Assembly: GCF_000142905.1 (NCBI RefSeq)
Contig: NW_013657666.1
Location: forward strand, 320,631-384,630
Reading direction: 5' to 3'
Length of the DNA: 64,000 bases
Origin: Thecamonas trahens ATCC 50062
Taxonomy: Eukaryota; Protista; Apusomonadida
The position numbers and the translations under genes were made by a program. Positions 41,984 to 53,852 of this stretch are shown in pieces. Numbering within the stretch: the stretch's first letter is position 1; the number at the start of each line of letters is the position of its first letter. The notes beneath the pieces are model-generated. The model searched no databases. It saw only the letters and a list, made by a program, of their open reading frames with translations, and was not told the origin of the DNA.

Positions 41984-44754
41984 TCACTTGCGCCTCTTCT
42001 TATTCTTGACATTGCGGTTGATCCCCCGCTTGTCCTTGAGCTTCTTCTTCTTGGCGCTGCTCCCCCCCGGGGCGTTCTTCCCACCGCTGGCCGCAGCACG
42101 CGCCTTAGCCTTGAGCTGCTCCCGCGTCAGCTTGGGCGGTGGCTGTGAGGTCCCCATCCGCCGCATATAGTTCAGGTCTTGCTTGGCTCCGCGCTGAGCC
42201 TCGGTGCGCACTGCGCGTGCTTTGGCCTTTCCACACCCATGCGACTCGGGCAGCCGATGATCGAGGCAGAAGATCAGCTTGCACGTGTCACACTGGATGC
42301 CCGAGTTGACAATGTTGACCTTACACTTTTCCTTACGGCACCGCTTCTTGGCCTTCTCGGCCTTGCGTGCCGCCTTGGCCAGCGCCTTGGCCTCGGCCTC
42401 GGCTGCTGCTGCCGCCGCCGCCTTACGAGCCTTTTTGGCCTCGGCTGCGGCCGCCTTAACCCGCGCCCTCTCCTCCGCCACCTCCTCAGGCGTTGGACCC
42501 GGAAGCACAGGCATGTCCTCGACACCTGGCATCAGCGCCTCAACCTCCAGCAACTGGTACACATTGGTTCCGGCTCCCATCTGGGATTGCCTCTGCTCAT
42601 ACGCGGCGGCGTCGAGCGCGAGCGACGTTACGTCACCGGCCGATCCGCGCCACTCCGAGTACAGGAGGCCGTGTTCGTTGACTGCTCGGCGCAGTGCAGC
42701 AATAGCGTCCTTGGCCTCGCTCTGGCTCGCCATAATCACCACCGCCTCGCTACCGCTCACGATAAACACGCCCTCGGCGCCAGCATGCTCACCCAAGACA
42801 CGCTCAAGCTCGGCAGCGGGCACCGCGCCGCTGCCCAGTGCAGAAGCACGGACGCCGTGAATGACAGGCGCCGCTGGGGCGGCAGACGCTTCGCTACTCC
42901 ATCGCGTCTGGATGTAGCTTCGCGCCCGCAGAGTGCTCGCCGAAGCTGCACGCTGCTGAGCCAGCACCACCTCGGCCGCACATGCTGCATTGCACTCAAG
43001 CGGAGCAGGCTCGACTCCGCGGCAAGTCTCGATCCGCGTCCGTAGCCCGCATGGGCATGACCGCCCAATTGACGCCTGGCACGCTCCAACATCGCACTCG
43101 GTGCCTGGGTGGCATCGCCCGCCGCATGAGTGCCCGCAGGCCATTCGCTTCTCACACCGTCCACCGCACGACTCCCCGCAACAAGTGGGAAGCACGCTCC
43201 AGCATGGCACAGCCGGCGGCACCGATGTACGCCGCACGGGCCGGTCGCGCCACACTCGCGTGGGCACGAAAAGCCCGCCAGATGGCACGGCAAGTGGTCG
43301 CGTGTGCTCTCGCCACACCAACACTCTTTGGTCACAAGATGCACACACGGCGGACAGGAGCCAGTGGTGTGGCACGTGTGCGGCGTCGCATGCCCACACT
43401 CGTACTCGGCCGGACAAGTTCCGCTACAGGGCCGTGGTGGCATCGAGCACGGGATCGGCGGCTCCTCCACCGTCGCGCCGCAAGGACAGACCCGCTCATC
43501 GAACGAGGTGTGTAGGCACGGCGGACATGCTCCAGAGTGGCACGGCTCAGCGCATCGGTGACTCCCGCACTCGAGCTTCCGGCCGCACACTGCCATGCAC
43601 TCGTGAGCGTCGTTGGCGCAGCAAACTTTGTCGCACTGATGCCGCCCGCACTTGAGTCTCTCGCCGCATCTCGCAAGGCAAGTAGGCGGCGTCTCGGCAT
43701 CCGTCTCAGAGCACACCAATCTCAGCCGCGACCGCCCGCAACGGCACCATGGCCTCACCTCCTTGCCGCAAGGTGGACAGGCCCCGAGATGGCACATCTC
43801 GCTGCACGTGTGACCGCACTGCAACCTCTTGGAGCAGACCTGAGAGCAGAGGGGAATCGGATCCGTGCACACACTCCGCTGCCCGTCGTCGGGGAGTAGC
43901 TCCAGCAGCGAGCTCTGTCCGCAAGGACAGGTGTACATCCGCTCTGGCGCGTAAGGACACGGCCCGCACGGCCCATCATGGCACTCGCGCATGCACCCGT
44001 GCTTGCCGCACTCCAGCGGCTTGCCGCACACCTCGCCGCACCCCCGATCGGCGGCGTCGTGTCCGCACTCGAGCTCCAGTTGGGCTTTGCCGCAGAAGCA
44101 GCGGACGCAGTCGATGACCGGACACAGATCGCAGGGTCCGTCATGACACACTGCTTTGCACACATGGTTGCCGCACGCCAACTCTCGACCACACACGCCC
44201 TCGCAGGCCCATCGGGTGGCCGCAGCCGGCACCGAGCACCGCAAGACCTTGGACTCTGCGCCGCAAAAGCAAGGCAGCGGGGGCGAGGTGGCCGAGCACG
44301 GTGGATGCGGGCCCGGATGGCAGACAAGCGGACATGGATGCGGACAGAGCGTGCCCGGCCGGCTACCGCCGCAAGGCGCACCGCACGAGAACGGCGTCTG
44401 ATCAGAGGCGGCAGCTGCCGACTCGAGAGCCAGAGCAGCCAGCGACGAGCTACCACAGAAGCAGGTAGCCGATGCCACCGATGGCACACTCGTCTGCGGC
44501 GATTGGCATAGAGGACATCGCCAGGCACCAACCGCATCCGCAGACGACAGTCGCCAACTTGCCGCACACGAGACATGGAACAGCTGGAAGCAGGTCGAGC
44601 AGGCCCAGGCGCCACTCTGCTCGCTCCCGCCCACACCACAACCACCACCACCACCGCCATGCTGCTTCTCCACCAGCGGTCCAATACAAATGGCGCAATC
44701 ATACTCGCCGCTACGGAGCTTGTTCTCCAGCCGAGTCCGAAGGTCGTCGCCCAT
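41984..44754 (-). CDS. NF-X1-type zinc-finger protein with a C-terminal AN1 finger (frameshift near 43174-43189)
   Basis: RING/PHD-like segment (YDCAIC..WACSTCFQLFHVSC..WRCPLC) and many CGxHxCxxxCHxGxC repeats. The second frame continues with SCGGRCEKRMACGHSC and ends in an AN1 finger (C..CKLIFCLDHRLPESHGC). Confidence 0.85.
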
Positions 44755-45792
44755 GTCGTCTTCCCCCCCTTTCCCCCCGTGGTAGCCAAAGGGAGAGCTG
44801 TGGCTGACGCTCCGACCGATCCGACCGATCCGACCGACCCGACCGACCCCACCTGATCGCCCCCCCCCAACGCCATCACCACCATCACCGACATCGACAC
44901 TGCTTCGTCTCCAGCCCCTTCTCCCAACAGCTGATCAACACTCCCCCTCACCCCTCCCCCCATCAAACCCGCCCGATCAGGCCGACCAGGCCGACCAGGC
45001 CGATCAGGCCGACCAGGCCGACCAGGCCGACCCGGTCGACTCACTCGACGCGCACGACGCGCACGACACCATCCCATCTCCAGCCGCTGCGTCCGCCCAC
45101 AACCCCGACCCGATGTACCCAGTCAATCCAATCGACCAATTCCTCCCTTCCTCCGTCCGCTTTCCCCACCGATCTGATCAACACCATCATCCGCCAGTAA
45201 CTCACCTCGCTCAGCCACCGGGACACGACATGAGTCAGCGGACAGGGGAAGGGGGGGGGTCTCCAGCCGAGTCCGAAAGTCGTCACCCACCCACACACAC
45301 ACATTCCCCCGTGGTAGCCAAAGGGAGAGCTGTGGCTGACGCTCCGACCGATCCGACCGATCCGACCGACCCGACCGACCCCACCTGATCGCCCACCCAA
45401 CGCCATCACCACCATCACCGACATCGACACTGCTTCGTCTCCAGCCCCTTCTCCCAACAGCTGATCAACACTCCCCCTCACCCCTCCCCCCATCAAACCC
45501 GCCCGATCAGGCCGACCAGGCCGACCAGGCCGATCAGGCCGACCAGGCCGACCAGGCCGACCAGGCCGACCAGGCCGACCCGGTTGACTCACTCGACGCG
45601 CACGACGCGCACGACACCATCCCATCTCCAGCCGCTGCGTCCGCCCACAAATCCGACCCGATGTACCCAGTCAATCCAATCGACCAATTCCTCCCTTCCT
45701 CCGTCCGCTTTCCCCACCGATCTGATCAACACCATCATCCGCCAGTAACTCACCTCGCTCAGCCACCGGAACACGACACGAGTCAGCGGACG
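44725..45792. repeat. Approximately 536-bp tandem duplication covering the NF-X1 start and upstream region
   Basis: Units begin at 44725 and 45261 (CTCCAGCCGAGTCCGAA) and are nearly identical. Each contains 9-bp GGCCGACCA and CCGA(T/C) microrepeats. Confidence 0.92.
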
Positions 45793-45893
45793 GGGGTGGG
45801 GGGGGGGGGCAACCACACCCACCCCACACACACACGCACACTCGCACGCACACCACTGCTCACATATACAGAACTGGTGGGGAAGAGGTCATT

Positions 45894-47737
45894 ATGGCGC
45901 GGAGACGGAAGAAGGGTGCGGTGAGCGAGGGCGTCAGAAGTGGTGGGCGAGTGGGTGCGGTGGTGGGAGGAGGAGGACGAGGTGGTGGTGGTGGTGGTGG
46001 TGGTGGTGGTGGCGGGCGGGAAGGAGGGCATGGGCATGGACATGGGCATGGTGGAGATAGAGAAGGACAGAGCAAGGTGGTGGTGGCTGGTGGGAAACAG
46101 GTCGGATTGGGTGACTATCTATGGTCCGAGTTTCATCATGGCTATGCTGCGAGCTCTGATGGTCCCGTGGCGGCAGAAGTGGCCAAGTTCTTCTTCAAAG
46201 TTCCGTGGGAGTTGGAGAAGCTGCTGACCATGGGCTTCTTTGTCTGCCTCGATGCGCTGCTCTACCATCTGACTTTTCTTCCTGTCCGCATTGCCGTGGC
46301 CCTGACAACTCTCCCCGGCGCTGTCTGCGGTCTTGGCGCTCCTCTCTCATCGCAGCAGGCCTGCGATCTGCTCCGCGGTCTCATCTTTGCCGCCTGCTTT
46401 GCCCTGCTCTCGCTCGTCGACGCCTCGTACGTCTACCATATGGTCCGTGGTCAGTCGTCCATCAAGCTGTACGTCATTTTCAACTGCTGTGAGATCTTCG
46501 ACAAGCTCTGCTGCGCGCTCGGACTCGACATCCTCGATACCCTCTTTGGCCTGCTCCGCGCGTCGGTGACCCGCGTGACCGGCGGCCGCCGCGGGCTCTC
46601 GGGCCCGCACGAGGTCATCATGGCCTTTGGCACTCTGCCGATCCTAGGCTCGGCTCTCGCGGCTGTCGTTTACGTCGCTATCCATGCTGCTGTCCTCTTT
46701 ACTCTCTCGGTCTCCATCAACGTTGCCATCAACTCGTACAACAACGCACTTGTCACCCTCCTCGTCTCCAACCAGATCATCGAGCTCAAAAAGTCTGTCT
46801 TTAAGCGGTGTGTCAAGGAGAACTTGTTCCAGCTAGCGTGCGCAGACATTGTCGAGCGCGCTCAGCTGTTCATCTTTCTTGCTGTCGTCTGTCTCCAGAA
46901 CCTGGTCCAAGATGCCCAGGCGAGTTGGGCCGAGTTCCTCGGCCGCACCGGCCGCTCGGTCCTCATCTTCTGGGCCTCAGAGATTGTGGTCGACTCTGTT
47001 AAGCACTCGTTCATCTGCAAGTTCAACAAGCTCGACGCCGGCCTCTACTCCAAGTTCTCGTCCATCCTCTACTCTGACATCATCAACGGCCGGCTGCCGG
47101 CCTCTCAGCCGTCGGCCAAGCCGCACCACGCCGTCTCGCACCGCATCGGCTTTGTTCCCATCCCGCTCGCTTGCCTCTTCCTTCACACCATTTCCCGTGT
47201 CCTTCCGCTGGCCCATCTTCCGCGCTGGTCGCCGTATTGGCTCGCCGTCGTCGTCACGTGCTACCTCAACCTGGTAGCCCTCAAGATCCTGGTCTCCATC
47301 TGCCTCCTCGGCCGCGCTGCTGTCCGCCACGCCAAGTCGCTCGATGCCCAGACGGCAGCTCTTGCTTCCATGCGATCCAAGGCCACACCTTACGCCACCC
47401 CGCCCGCTTCGACCCTGTGCTCGCTGCCGACTCGCCCGCAGCGTACGCCACCCCGTCGCTCCGCAGGCCACTCGGCGACCACCCGGACCGCCCTGACAGT
47501 AGCATCAAGCCTTCGGCCTCGCCCTTGCCAATGCCACCAGTTGCTGCTGCTACTGCTGCTGCCGCTGCCGCTCCTAGTTCTGCTGCCACCTTTACCGCTC
47601 CGACCGATGCTGAATCGGCTGCCGCGAGTTCGTCTACTAACTCGCACCCGCCGCTCCCGGATCGGGTTCTTTCGGCCTCATCCGAGGACCTCACCGACAT
47701 CCAGCGGTACACCCTGTTTGGCCGCCGCCTGGTGTAG
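45894..47737 (+). CDS. TAPT1: TAPT1/EMP65 (DUF747) membrane protein (frameshift near 47413-47415)
   Basis: VPWELEKLLTMGFFVCLDALLY..FLPVR, YHMVRGQSSIKLYVIFN..EIFDKL, LLVSNQIIELKKSVFK and EIVVDSVKHSFICKFN. The family-type C-terminus LTDIQRYTLFGRRLV lies in the shifted frame and ends at 47737. Confidence 0.88.
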
Positions 47738-47807
47738 TGTTGCGCAGCCGACACACAGGCAAAGCAAACTCCCAGTTGTGTCCAGAATTTCATTCCACAC
47801 GCAGCTT

Positions 47808-49868
47808 TTACGCAAACGACGGGCCGGCAGCGAGCTCCTCCTCAAAGTTGTCCGGAACGGCAAAGAAGCGGAGAACCGACTCGTTGGCGTCCTTCATGAG
47901 GACGTACGTGCCCTCGCCAAGGGCAAGGGCCGAGTCGACAATGGCGGCAGCCGAGACCCAGAGGGCCTCGGGCACGATCTGCAGCTGGCGGGCGAGGGTC
48001 TCAGTCCGCATAGTCTGGGTGCCGAGCACCGAGTGGTCGATGTGCTTGGCGGGGTTGGTGCGCGTGACAAAGCCGAGGTGAACCAAATCATTGCCAGCAG
48101 CGATGGCCCGGGCGGTGACGCGCGCCAGGCGGTTGGCCGAGTTCTTGATCTCGGTGGCCAGGACGGCGCCGCCCTGGGTGTCGAGCGACGAGCGCCAGTT
48201 GAGGTCAAGCGTCGGATCGTACTCGTGGAGGGCATGGACAGTCATGGCCTTGCGGCCCGACGACTTGATGGTGTAGGCGTCGACCTGGGTCCGCACCACA
48301 AACGTGATCTTCTCGACCTCGGTCTCCGAAGACTCGTACTCAAACTTGCGGTATGTGTAACCAACATCGGCGACAGACGCGTCCTCGGCAAACGGCGACT
48401 CGTTGCCAAAGTCGATGGGAGTGCCCTCGACGTCGAGTGCCTGCTGCGAGTAATACTGGTTAATGAGCGTGGCCTCACGCGAGAGCGGCTCGGGCGCGTT
48501 GATGAACGTCTTGCCGTCGTCCTCGTTCGGGGGCTCGGCGGCAGTCTCGCGGACACGAAGGAAGTCTGTGGAAAAGAAAAGCAGAGGCGGTGGTGAGTCA
48601 AGGGGGGGAAAGCCAATCGAGGCAGGCCACCAGCAGAGCTCGCAAACATGCAAGAGCGCGCTGGTTGGTTCGGATCAGAAAATCTGGCTTGACGTGGGCC
48701 GCCTCTACTTTCGCAGAGGAGACCCTCGATTTGTGACCGATGCGAATCGGTCGTGGTTAGAATCAAGGTCGATCATTAGGGGAAAGAAGGCTCATCATCT
48801 CGGAGCCATCCAGGCGCAATAAAAAGGGGGAGAGGGAGGGGTAGGGGGGAGAGGCAATCGAAAGAATAACATACCAAAGTTGGAGCCATCGCGCTTGTCA
48901 AAGAACACGTAGTCGCCGATGCGCTTGACCACAAGGTCCCACGGATCGACCGAGCGCGAAGCGCACATGAGGGCAGCGAGGATATCGTCGGTCATAAAGA
49001 CGTGCGCCACCTCCTGCTCGGCGAGCGACTGGATGATGGGGTCATCGGTCGTCGACACGTTGAGGAACGTGGTCTCGGCCGCATGACGGAGCTTGAGCGG
49101 GTTCCGGGTGTCCACGCCGCGCAGCGCAGCGTTGAACGGGCGAACCTTGCCGCACTTGTACACGTCCTCGACCTGGGGCGGTTGCTCAATGGCGTCCAAG
49201 TCATTGAGCTCCTTAAAGGGAATCGAGTCGACCTGCTCCCACTCCTCCGAGACCGGAATCGAGTTAGGCCGCTTGGTCTTGTTCTGGTACCGCTTCCAGT
49301 TGTACGAGTTACGGTAGTTGATTCGCTGCTTGCGGCGCTGTGGCTTGGTCTTGTTGGTCTTGGTGAGCGCCGTCCGCGGCTGCTCACGCTGCTTGCCCTT
49401 GTACGTCCGCGCGTTGTAGTACTGACGCCGCCACTTGTGGTGGAAGTACTTGCGCTTGTTGTACCGCGTCTTGACCGACCGGTTGTCCACAACCTGGAAT
49501 TCGGCGTTGTCGCGCTTAGAGTTAAGAGGGGAGCACATAGAGTGCATGGAGAGGAGGGAGGGAGGGAGGGGTGTGGCCTGGAGGACAAGTTGGCGTTAGT
49601 CTTTCATGGATGAGGGGCAGGTTGGGGGGGGGGGGGGGCGGAGGCCCACAAAGTGGATGGTGTATAATCTGGGATGGAGCGAGGAGGACGTACAGCGGTA
49701 GACGAGGACCTGGTCAGGGTCAGCAATGCGACCAATCTTGTCGGACTTGCCAAAGGGTGCGTAGGGAATGTCTGTGCGCAGTGCATCAGCCGTAACCTCG
49801 CTGGGGTTGGGACCCCACCCGGCAGGACTCTCTGTGAGCAAGCTCGGAATGGACTTTAGGTCGGCCAT
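47808..49868 (-). CDS. EIF3D: Translation initiation factor eIF3 subunit D; exons 49868-49694, about 49514-48875 and 48565-47808
   Basis: GWGP, PYAPFGKSDKIG, FQVVD, TTDDPII, RSVDPWD, FFDKRD, EAT.INQ, YTYRKF, WRSSLDTQGGAVLATEIKN and GTYVLMKD. The first exon junction is unresolved. Confidence 0.93.
48670..48803 (-). ncRNA. Intronic box C/D snoRNA, SNORD12/snR190-like
   Basis: Box C ATGATGA (48798-48792) and box D CTGA (48678-48675), with flanking complementary arms. CTTCTTTCCCC is complementary to LSU rRNA GGGGAAAGAAG and CAAGCCAG to LSU CTGGCTTG. Internal hairpins include a GAAA tetraloop. Confidence 0.78.
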
Positions 49869-50009
49869 GTCGAGCGAGAAGTGTGTGGCAAACAAAATCG
49901 GTTTGACGCCACAGACTTGGTCGCTGGCTTGACCCGAACGGCGAGACTCGTTTCGTCGCCGTCGAACGATCGGATGGCGAAATACCTAGGACAAACTTGT
50001 GCATGACAT

Positions 50010-51362
50010 TTACACTGATGACATGGCCAGCTGCGCCGGGCTTGCAGCAACCGGGCGATCACGGTCGGCAAGGGCGGCGCGCGGCTTCTTGCGGCGACGG
50101 ACACGGATGCGCTTGGTCACCTTGGGTCCGGCACTCGGACTCGAGGCCGAGGCGAGCGCGTCCGAAGCAGCCTGGGCAGTGGCAGGATCCACCACAAGCG
50201 GAGCGGCGGCGGCCGACTTGCGGGTCCGGACCACCTTGCGAGTGAGGACCGGCTTGCCAGCGTCCGAGCTGGAGGCAGACGACGTGATGCCGGCACGTGC
50301 CTTCCACTTGGACACGGCGCGCGATGATGGCGAGTCCGCCTGCGGCCGGGCTGCGGCCCGGAAGGCGGCAATGGACTCGAGCTTGCGGGCGTTGAGCTCC
50401 TCAGCAGCCTCGGCGGCGGCGGCGGCAAGCGACTGGGCAAGGTACGCCGCCTGCGGCGTCTCGAGGACAAACGGATCGAGCTTCTGCTTGTTCTTGGGCA
50501 CCACGTAAAAGGCAAACGAGAGGCCGTCGGCAGAGACCTTCCACTCGGAGAGCGAGGCAAAGGGGAACGACCACAGAGCCTTCTGCGACTTGGGATCCAC
50601 AATCATAAACTGGTTCGAGGCAATGATGGCCTGGACCCGCGCCGTCGAGATGAGAGAGCCGCGATGGTAACACTTTGCCGGAAGGAACACCCGCCCGCCA
50701 TAGTACTTGGACCGCCGAGCCGCGTTGAGGTACGACCGCAGCGCCGCGTCATGGCTCTTCCCAAAGTGCTCGGCATAGTTTTGGAAGATGACGGTCTCCC
50801 ACTCGCGCGCAGTATGCAGCTTGTTGGCCAGCGATCGCGCCGGCACAAACTGGTCCAGCAGCCCATTGTCTTCCAGGAACCCGGGCGCACGCGCAGCTTC
50901 GTCATAGTTGCCAAACTCGATCTGCATCTGGATGCCCGCCAGTTCGATGGCGTCGGGTCCATGTGTGGGAATGACCGAGTTGATGACATCGGCCTTGGCC
51001 TGGTGATACAGCAGTGTCAACGCTGTCACCTCGATGCAGAGCAGCTCCTTTCGCCTGCCCTGGATCACCTTCTTGTACACCAGCTTGGATCCAGCTCGAT
51101 ACTTGTACACCTTCTTCTTCTTCTTGGCCATCTTTTCATCCGCCCCAAATCCCTGCACCGTCGCCAGCACCCGCTCATCGCTCTCCGGCAGCCGTTCGTA
51201 TCCTGCCCGAATATGGAAGATACCAAACAGCTGGCTGGCCGCTTCGCTGAGGCCAAGTCCCGTCCCGACCGCCTGGCTTGCCTCGCCAAAAGTCGTCGCC
51301 GACGAGACCTCTATGCTCTGTGTGGTTCCGTCGACAACCTCAACCTCTACCGTGCTCGACAT
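50010..51362 (-). CDS. FERM-domain protein
   Basis: Ubiquitin-like F1 (VEVVDGT..GLS..QLFGIF), F2 (LLYHQAKADV..AIELAGIQMQIEFGNY..QFVP..YLNAARRSKYYG) and PH-like F3, followed by a basic tail. Confidence 0.85.
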   Translation of the reverse strand: MSSTVEVEVVDGTTQSIEVSSATTFGEASQAVGTGLGLSEAASQLFGIFHIRAGYERLPESDERVLATVQGFGADEKMAKKKKKVYKYRAGSKLVYKKVIQGRRKELLCIEVTALTLLYHQAKADVINSVIPTHGPDAIELAGIQMQIEFGNYDEAARAPGFLEDNGLLDQFVPARSLANKLHTAREWETVIFQNYAEHFGKSHDAALRSYLNAARRSKYYGGRVFLPAKCYHRGSLISTARVQAIIASNQFMIVDPKSQKALWSFPFASLSEWKVSADGLSFAFYVVPKNKQKLDPFVLETPQAAYLAQSLAAAAAEAAEELNARKLESIAAFRAAARPQADSPSSRAVSKWKARAGITSSASSSDAGKPVLTRKVVRTRKSAAAAPLVVDPATAQAASDALASASSPSAGPKVTKRIRVRRRKKPRAALADRDRPVAASPAQLAMSSV

Positions 51363-51720
51363 CTGTGACCACCAGTCCAGGGAGGGGGGGGGGAGGGGGG
51401 GGAGGGGGGGAGTTGCGTGAGCTTGGTTTGGGACAGGGATCGAGCGCGCTGGTGCGGGACAAGAGCTTTTTTGACGGGTTGGGGGCTTTTTTCCGAGTCA
51501 ATGCCTAACCAGCGGCATGATGAGTGGCAAGTCACACATCTGCACACGCAACACGTGGGTGGGTGGGATACTGACAATGATTTTCAGACAAGAGATAGAG
51601 AGAAAAGGGGGAGATGGGGAGGGGGGGAGGGGGGAGGGTCAGCAGCCCATCACGGTCGGCATCCAACAACAGCATTGAACACGCACCAACCACGGTAGGG
51701 TACTCCACTGCTCGGGATGA

Positions 51721-53852
51721 TCAGACCGGCTCGAGCTGGACAGAGCCCGGAAGCTCGACATCGACGACGATCGGCAGGTTGACCGGCATGTAGTAGTTGT
51801 TGCAGCTTGCGGCGCCGACAAAGACAGTGCCGTGAGCCTCGGCGACGCCGTGGGCAAGGTGGACATGGCCCGAAACCGCAAGCGCCGGTCGGACAGAGGC
51901 GAGCCGCTTGCTAAGCGCCACGTCGGCCTTGGACGACGACGGCCGTAGAATGGACGGCATCGAGTGGGTAACCACCACGTCGATGTCGTCAGGAATGTGG
52001 TCCCACACACGCTTCAGCTCCTCAGACTCGGCCTCGTGCTGGAACGCCCGATTGAGCGATCGGCCGCCGACCGAGACCGGCGAGCCGTAAACCGTGACAA
52101 GGCTCTCACCAAACGAGAGCGCCACCGACGAGTCGCACAAGTACTGCACGTTGGAGAGCAAGCTCTGCGCCTGGCCGGCTCCCTGCTCTTCCAGCCATAG
52201 ATCGTGGTTGCCACCAACTACGACAATCCACTCAAACGCGTGCTTGTCCAGCAGCTCGCCCGCCCATGTGTTGAGCTCTTGGATGACCTCGCGCCCATCG
52301 TTGGCACCGCGGTACGGTGGGACGCCGACTGTTCCGCGATCGCGGAACAGCACGTCGCCAGCATGCACAAGAACGTCGCCATCTGGCAGACGAAGCTCGC
52401 GGTGCTGGCGATGCGTATCTGACACGCACACAAACCGCACCGTACCAGCCGGCTGCTCGCCTGCCGGATCGCCCACCGTCCGGATCACAAGCCGCACACC
52501 GTCGCCGTCGTTGACAACGTGCGCGTACTTGGCCGACCGGCGCCGCCGCCACGGCCGAATAAGGCCCATCCAGCAGCAGCAGTACCGGACGCCGCGGACG
52601 CCGGCCTCAATCAGTGCCCGGTACGAGCCTGTCAGGATCCGCGAGACGCCCATGGTGACGCTGAGAACACAGAGCACAACCATAACGGCACTCTGCGCTG
52701 CAAGCAGTGCCCGCCCGGTCTCACTCGCCTTGCGGCACACCCGCGGCCCGCTGTCGACCTCCACCATAGCCGCAAGCGTCCACACAAAGCCAAAGACAGA
52801 GCACGCAATCTCAAAGTAGGGCGTTCCAAGCTGGGCCGCCACTCGATGGGTGCACGTCTTCTCGCGGCCGGCGTACCGCTGCTTGAGAATGACCCAGATT
52901 GCGCCGACAAAACCAAAGACAACGCCTGCTATCGGCACCAACCACCGCGCCCCGCAGTGCTCGCGATGCCGCACCAGCAGAATAGTCGCCATCACACCTA
53001 GCACCGTGCCGATCGCCACAATGACAAGCAGCCAGGTCTCGGGCGAAAAGTTCAGCTCTTCTTCCTCGCCACCGTCTGGGCGGAGGTGCTCCACGTCGGC
53101 TTGCCGATCGTGGAGTATGCTCGAAGCACTGCGAAAATGCGGAAAGTTGCGCCCAAACTCGAGCGAGTTCTCTTTGGACATGTCTGTTGGGTCATCGTCG
53201 CCTTCGCCGATCTCAAGCTCCCGGGCTCGCCTACCAGCGGGACCTTGCGCTCCAGCGCTCGAGGGTCGATGACTGGTGATCGCGGGACCCGGGAGCTTGT
53301 CGCCTTGGGCACCGTAAGCTCTCCGCCTCGGCTCTCGTCAGTCTCGTCAACTTCGGTCGACCCAGACCACTCGCTCGACTTGACACACTCTCCGCCGTCG
53401 TCCAGCTCGTCGTCGTAGTAGTAGTAGTCATAGTACTCGTGGCTGGCCTGGCCATCCTCTGCCCGCCGCCACCCTGACTCAACTCTATCGTCAGCGAGAC
53501 GACTCGTCAGCTGTGGTGCCACCATACCGAGTGACGAACGCGGCTCGCAATGACCACGACTTTCCGTTCGAGTTGCGGCGGCGTCTGCCGCGTCACGACG
53601 CGGCAAGCTCGGCATGGAGGTCCGAGCAGGAGCTGATGTCATCACCCCAAGGGCACTTCCAGAATGACCATGGCCATTCAACGAGTCTGAGACCGAGTAG
53701 TCATAGCTCCCCTCGTCGCCATTGTGCTTGTCCCCATTCCTGCCACCTTCATCATCGTCATCAGCTGAGAGTGAGGCCAAAGTTGACAACAGTGGCGAGG
53801 GTGAGATCGGCAAGAATGGCGAGGCGGCCGAGGAAGAGGAGAAGAACGACAT
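51721..53852 (-). CDS. Membrane-anchored calcineurin-like metallophosphoesterase (MPPED-like); frameshift at 53220-53222
   Basis: VSDTH, HAGD, GGNHD, VVTH and GHVH motifs, preceded by four TM helices. A Ser/acidic N-terminus from the ATG at 53852 joins if one G is added; otherwise the start is 53181. Confidence 0.82.

Noticed and set aside
47738-48596. 900-aa TAPT1 ORF overlapping eIF3d antisense
   Set aside because: This is run-on after the frameshift near 47414. The family-type C-terminus ends at 47737.
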